64,000 nucleotides of DNA, from NCBI GenBank assembly GCA_964567665.1, contig CAZMNN010000005.1:13752-77751 (forward strand). The letters run 5' to 3'. Below the pieces are notes generated by a model that was not told the DNA's origin, did not search any database, and saw only the letters and a program-made list of their open reading frames with translations. Shown one piece after another: positions 62,995 to 64,000 of this stretch (position 1 is the first letter of the stretch; every line of letters begins with the position of its first letter). This DNA comes from an uncultured Lentisphaeraceae bacterium. Lineage in GTDB: Bacteria > Verrucomicrobiota > Kiritimatiellia > RFP12 > UBA1067. The position numbers and the translations under genes are program-made.

Positions 62995-64000
62995 ATCTTC
63001 GCCTCGCTCTGCTGACGGCGGCTTTGCCGCTTTTCGCCGCCGCGTTCACTCCGCAGGTCTCGCTCACCGTCACTCCGGACGACATTGTGCTTACGGAGTC
63101 TGCGGAGGCGGAGCTGCAGATTGTCACCCCTCGCCCCTTTCGTAGAAATCCGACCATAGCGGCGGATTTCATTCCGCAGGACGCCAGGCTCTCGATGGAA
63201 AGGGATCGCGTTTCTTTTGACGGGACGAACACGGCATGGCGGTATGTTGTAAAGATTCCCTTTACGCCGGACAGTCCCGGCGTGAGAACTTTGGGCCCGG
63301 TCACGGTCTCCGTGCCGACGCGCACCGATTTCTTCGGTTTTGTTTCACAGACTGCGGACTACCGCTCGGATACGGTGACGCTCAAGGTTGTTGCGCCGCC
63401 TGACAGGGACGTCCCGAAATCGTATTGCGGCGCAATCTCCAGAAATCTGGAGGTTTCGGCGTCGCTGGATGCGAACGTATGCACCGCAGGGGATCCTTTG
63501 ATCTTCACCTTGGAGATAGGCGGTGCGACGGATTTTTCGATGGTGTACGCGCCTCCCGTCAAGAGCGCTCTTCCATCCGGTTCTCCTTTCAGGCTTGACC
63601 TGGCCTCCCTCAAGACGGAGACGCTTGATGCGTCGAAGCGCTTCACGTGGCGCATACGGGCGCTGAAGGCCGGCACCGTTGAGTTTCCGTCAATTGATGT
63701 TTCGTATTTTGACATTGCATCCCGCACATATCGCACGGTAAGGACTGAGCCGATTCCGGTTCAGGTGAAGGCGGGAGAGCAGGCTGTGCTCGGAATGGCT
63801 GAAGCCATGGACGATGATGATGCGTTTCCGATGCCGGACGGATTGGAAATCCCTTTCGCCGTCAGGAACTTTACGCTCAAGCACGCGCTTTCCCTTGCTT
63901 TCAGGGCTGAGACGGAGGCGGACTTCGCCGCTGCCGCCGAACGGTACGCCGCGTTTGTCGATGCCGTCGACGCAAGGCCAGCGGACGGTGTAGAGGATGG
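62991..64000 (+). CDS. BatD-like (aerotolerance-operon-type) secreted protein, 3-prime truncated by window edge
   Basis: Open frame from ATG 62991 to the window end (not in ORF track, no stop); signal peptide MNLRLALLTAALPLFAAAF; beta-rich repeats reminiscent of the BatD family. Confidence 0.4.
   Translation, partial: MNLRLALLTAALPLFAAAFTPQVSLTVTPDDIVLTESAEAELQIVTPRPFRRNPTIAADFIPQDARLSMERDRVSFDGTNTAWRYVVKIPFTPDSPGVRTLGPVTVSVPTRTDFFGFVSQTADYRSDTVTLKVVAPPDRDVPKSYCGAISRNLEVSASLDANVCTAGDPLIFTLEIGGATDFSMVYAPPVKSALPSGSPFRLDLASLKTETLDASKRFTWRIRALKAGTVEFPSIDVSYFDIASRTYRTVRTEPIPVQVKAGEQAVLGMAEAMDDDDAFPMPDGLEIPFAVRNFTLKHALSLAFRAETEADFAAAAERYAAFVDAVDARPADGVED

Noticed and set aside
1-64000. CRISPR arrays, IS elements, prophage or toxin-antitoxin modules
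   Set aside because: No regularly spaced direct repeats, transposase/integrase-like ORFs or phage structural genes were seen on either strand.

Overview
This is a high-GC (about 60-65% by eye) bacterial chromosomal segment, densely coding and with no rRNA, CRISPR array, transposase or integrase that I can see. The gene content looks like a PVC-superphylum organism (Lentisphaerota, Kiritimatiellota or Verrucomicrobiota). Evidence: four DUF1080 ('3-keto-disaccharide hydrolase'-type) paralogs, a prepilin-type N-methylation-domain protein (KKGFTLVELLVVIGILGIL), a TAT-signal Gfo/Idh/MocA oxidoreductase, a BatD-like protein, and many extended -10 promoters of the form TGnTATAAT.

Housekeeping genes I recognise with confidence: gatB (3-prime end), rsmD, ruvC, luxS, fabG, glgP, bamA-skp, mutS (minus), hup (minus), parB, secA, rhaA, priA, two tRNA-Pro genes (minus), nifU-like, gspE/pilB-type ATPase, gmd-fcl, rpmH-rnpA-yidD-yidC, ileS (type 2), ilvE, two histidine kinase / response regulator pairs (one NtrC-type sigma-54 activator), and a GH16 glycoside hydrolase. 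rpmH (45 codons) is too short for the supplied ORF track and was found by reading the DNA.

Features worth a second look:
- A three-module fusion protein: HemC-like (apparently lacking domain 3 with the cofactor cysteine), uroporphyrinogen-III C-methyltransferase, and HemD. It is translationally coupled to luxS.
- A BioW-BioF fusion.
- A divergent EtfB/EtfA-like pair coupled to a Gfo/Idh/MocA oxidoreductase, inside a GH16 / GDP-fucose / DUF4091 glycan cluster.
- A low-GC patch (about 45%) encoding a 597-aa secreted protein, next to an orphan GspE-type ATPase.
- A small operon of an MJ0042-type zinc-ribbon protein, a CDP-alcohol phosphatidyltransferase and membrane proteins.
- An orphan parB.
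- An internally shortened orphan OppD/DppD-like ABC ATPase after bamA-skp.
- Recurrent extended -10 boxes placed so close to start codons that several transcripts would be leaderless.

Most large ORFs on the opposite strand of recognised genes are antisense artefacts of high GC and were rejected. All coordinates were derived by hand from the sequence and the ORF track, so start codons may be off by a few codons.
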